A DNA stretch of 64,000 nt from contig CM052816.1 of NCBI GenBank assembly GCA_028534125.1, forward strand, positions 100,132,001-100,196,000, read 5' to 3'. Position 1 is the stretch's first letter. Every line of letters begins with the position of its first letter. The translations under genes were made by a program, and so were the position numbers. Below the pieces are notes generated by a model that worked only from the letters and a program-made list of their open reading frames with translations, was not told the origin of the DNA and ran no database searches. This document shows, piece by piece, positions 62,769 to 64,000 of this stretch. The DNA comes from Lama glama. Lineage: Eukaryota.

Positions 62769-62847
62769 GGGGAGGGTATAGCTCAGTGTTGGAGCACGTG
62801 CTTAGCACACACAAGGTCCTGGGTTTGATCCCCAGTACCTCCATTAA

Positions 62848-62879
<32 letters not shown>

Positions 62880-62924
62880 GACCTAATGACCCCCCCAAAA
62901 AAACAAAACCGAAAACCATACTGT
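62769..62924 (+). mobile_element. tRNA-Ala-derived camelid SINE with internal (AAT)n
   Basis: Canonical head and tail. Degenerate TSD aatccaatcaccaccc (62750-62765) / aaaccagtcacaaccc (62925-62940). Confidence 0.93.
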
Positions 62925-63162
62925 AAACCAGTCACAACCCAAACACAGGATGCTTGTAGGGAAGAACTTGCTCAAGTCCATGAAGGTCTTTATGTGTTGT
63001 TTATCCACAGAAATCTTAAGTCCTTGGGTTGGTGTTTCATGCAATAACTTAATATTGATTTTCCTAGTTGCCTTGGTCTAAATTAGAACATAAAATAAAT
63101 TAATTTAGTGCCTCTGGTGACATCTGAAGTGTCCTCCATCCTTAGGAGTAGAAAGAGCACTT

Positions 63163-63635
63163 TGAGGCTGAGGCGGGAAGCCCCATAAAAAAGACCGGGA
63201 GGACCCCCAGGCAGGGCCACTGCTCTCCTGCCAGCACCATCCGGTTCCTGGGCCCAGAGGCTCTAGCTCACGTTTTGCCTCTGAAACCGCTTACTTCTAG
63301 GAAAGTGAAACTTACCCCTAAAATTCTATTGATTCCCTGAGCTCACCTCTGATTGGTTATTTCTCTCACTCCTGATTGGTCCATTTCTACAAAGCTTGTT
63401 CCTAATTAGTCAATTTTTGTTGTACCTTATTTGCATATGATGTTGCAAAGTATAAACTGGCAGCCTATAAAAGCCTGTGTAAACCTACAGCCGGGGTCCA
63501 GAGCTTGGGGTGTTGACTCCTTTGGGCCCGCTGGCGTAGTAAACCTGAGTTCTCCGACTCTCTCTGAGTGCTGCTCAGTCTCTTGCCCGGATCCAGGTTG
63601 CTGTCACAACTGAGCTGTAACACCGAGCTGTAACA
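63163..63635 (+). mobile_element. Solo ERV1-class LTR
   Basis: TG...CA ends with flanks cactt / cactc. Two CTGATTGGT boxes, ATTTGCAT at 63429-63436, TATAAAA at 63466-63472, AGTAAA at 63538-63543, and a tandem 'gagctgtaacac' at the 3' end. Confidence 0.75.
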
Positions 63636-64000
63636 CACTCTTCTGCAACAAGGCCATTGGCAGAGAGTCTGAGGCTGCGGTGGCTGGCATGGCCCTGGAG
63701 GCCTGAAGACTGGCCCTGTGCAAGGTCAGCCTCCCCCAGGTGCCCTGAGAGGTCATGGTTACCCTGGACTGGGGAACACGGAGCTCTGGTGTTCGTCACC
63801 AGCAGGTGGTAGAAGTGAACTGGCCACTGAGGTTTGTCCTGGGGGAGTGATGGGCCACCCTCTCCGGGACTGGGGAGGAGAGAAGACCAAGGTGCAGACT
63901 AGGGGAGCTGGGCCGGGCGGTGTGGACGGGATGGGAAGAGGCCAGGCCCTGCCTCGAGTCTTGGAGAGCCTTCCGCGGCCCTGCCCCCCCCCCCCCGTCT

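Overview
Mammalian genomic DNA, very probably camelid (alpaca/camel), judged from six copies of a tRNA-Ala-derived SINE with the 'aaacctaattacc' tail and cetartiodactyl-type L1 3' ends. I find no supportable protein-coding gene, tRNA/rRNA gene or CRISPR array. The only ORF-track peptides I recognise are decayed L1 ORF2 fragments, so the window reads as intergenic or deep intronic. It is GC-rich overall, with a 500-N gap (21451-21950), an AT-rich block of decayed L1 (~41.4-48.7 kb), ERV1 and MaLR LTRs, and MIR, L2 and DNA-transposon relics. The best leads are: (i) a ~10-kb transposon-poor stretch (~29-39 kb) with AT-rich islands carrying PBX-HOX/MEIS, SOX/OCT and YY1-like motifs, resembling a developmental enhancer cluster; (ii) a 37-bp near-perfect hairpin with template-switch signatures at 7420-7537; (iii) two short exact local copies that look like templated insertions; (iv) a MaLR LTR holding both a nested ERV1 LTR and a 20-bp minisatellite born from its own sequence; (v) a solo LTR with an intact-looking promoter. 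Repeat family names come from recalled consensus sequences and need RepeatMasker/Dfam confirmation. I see no convincing evidence of a wholly new biological system.
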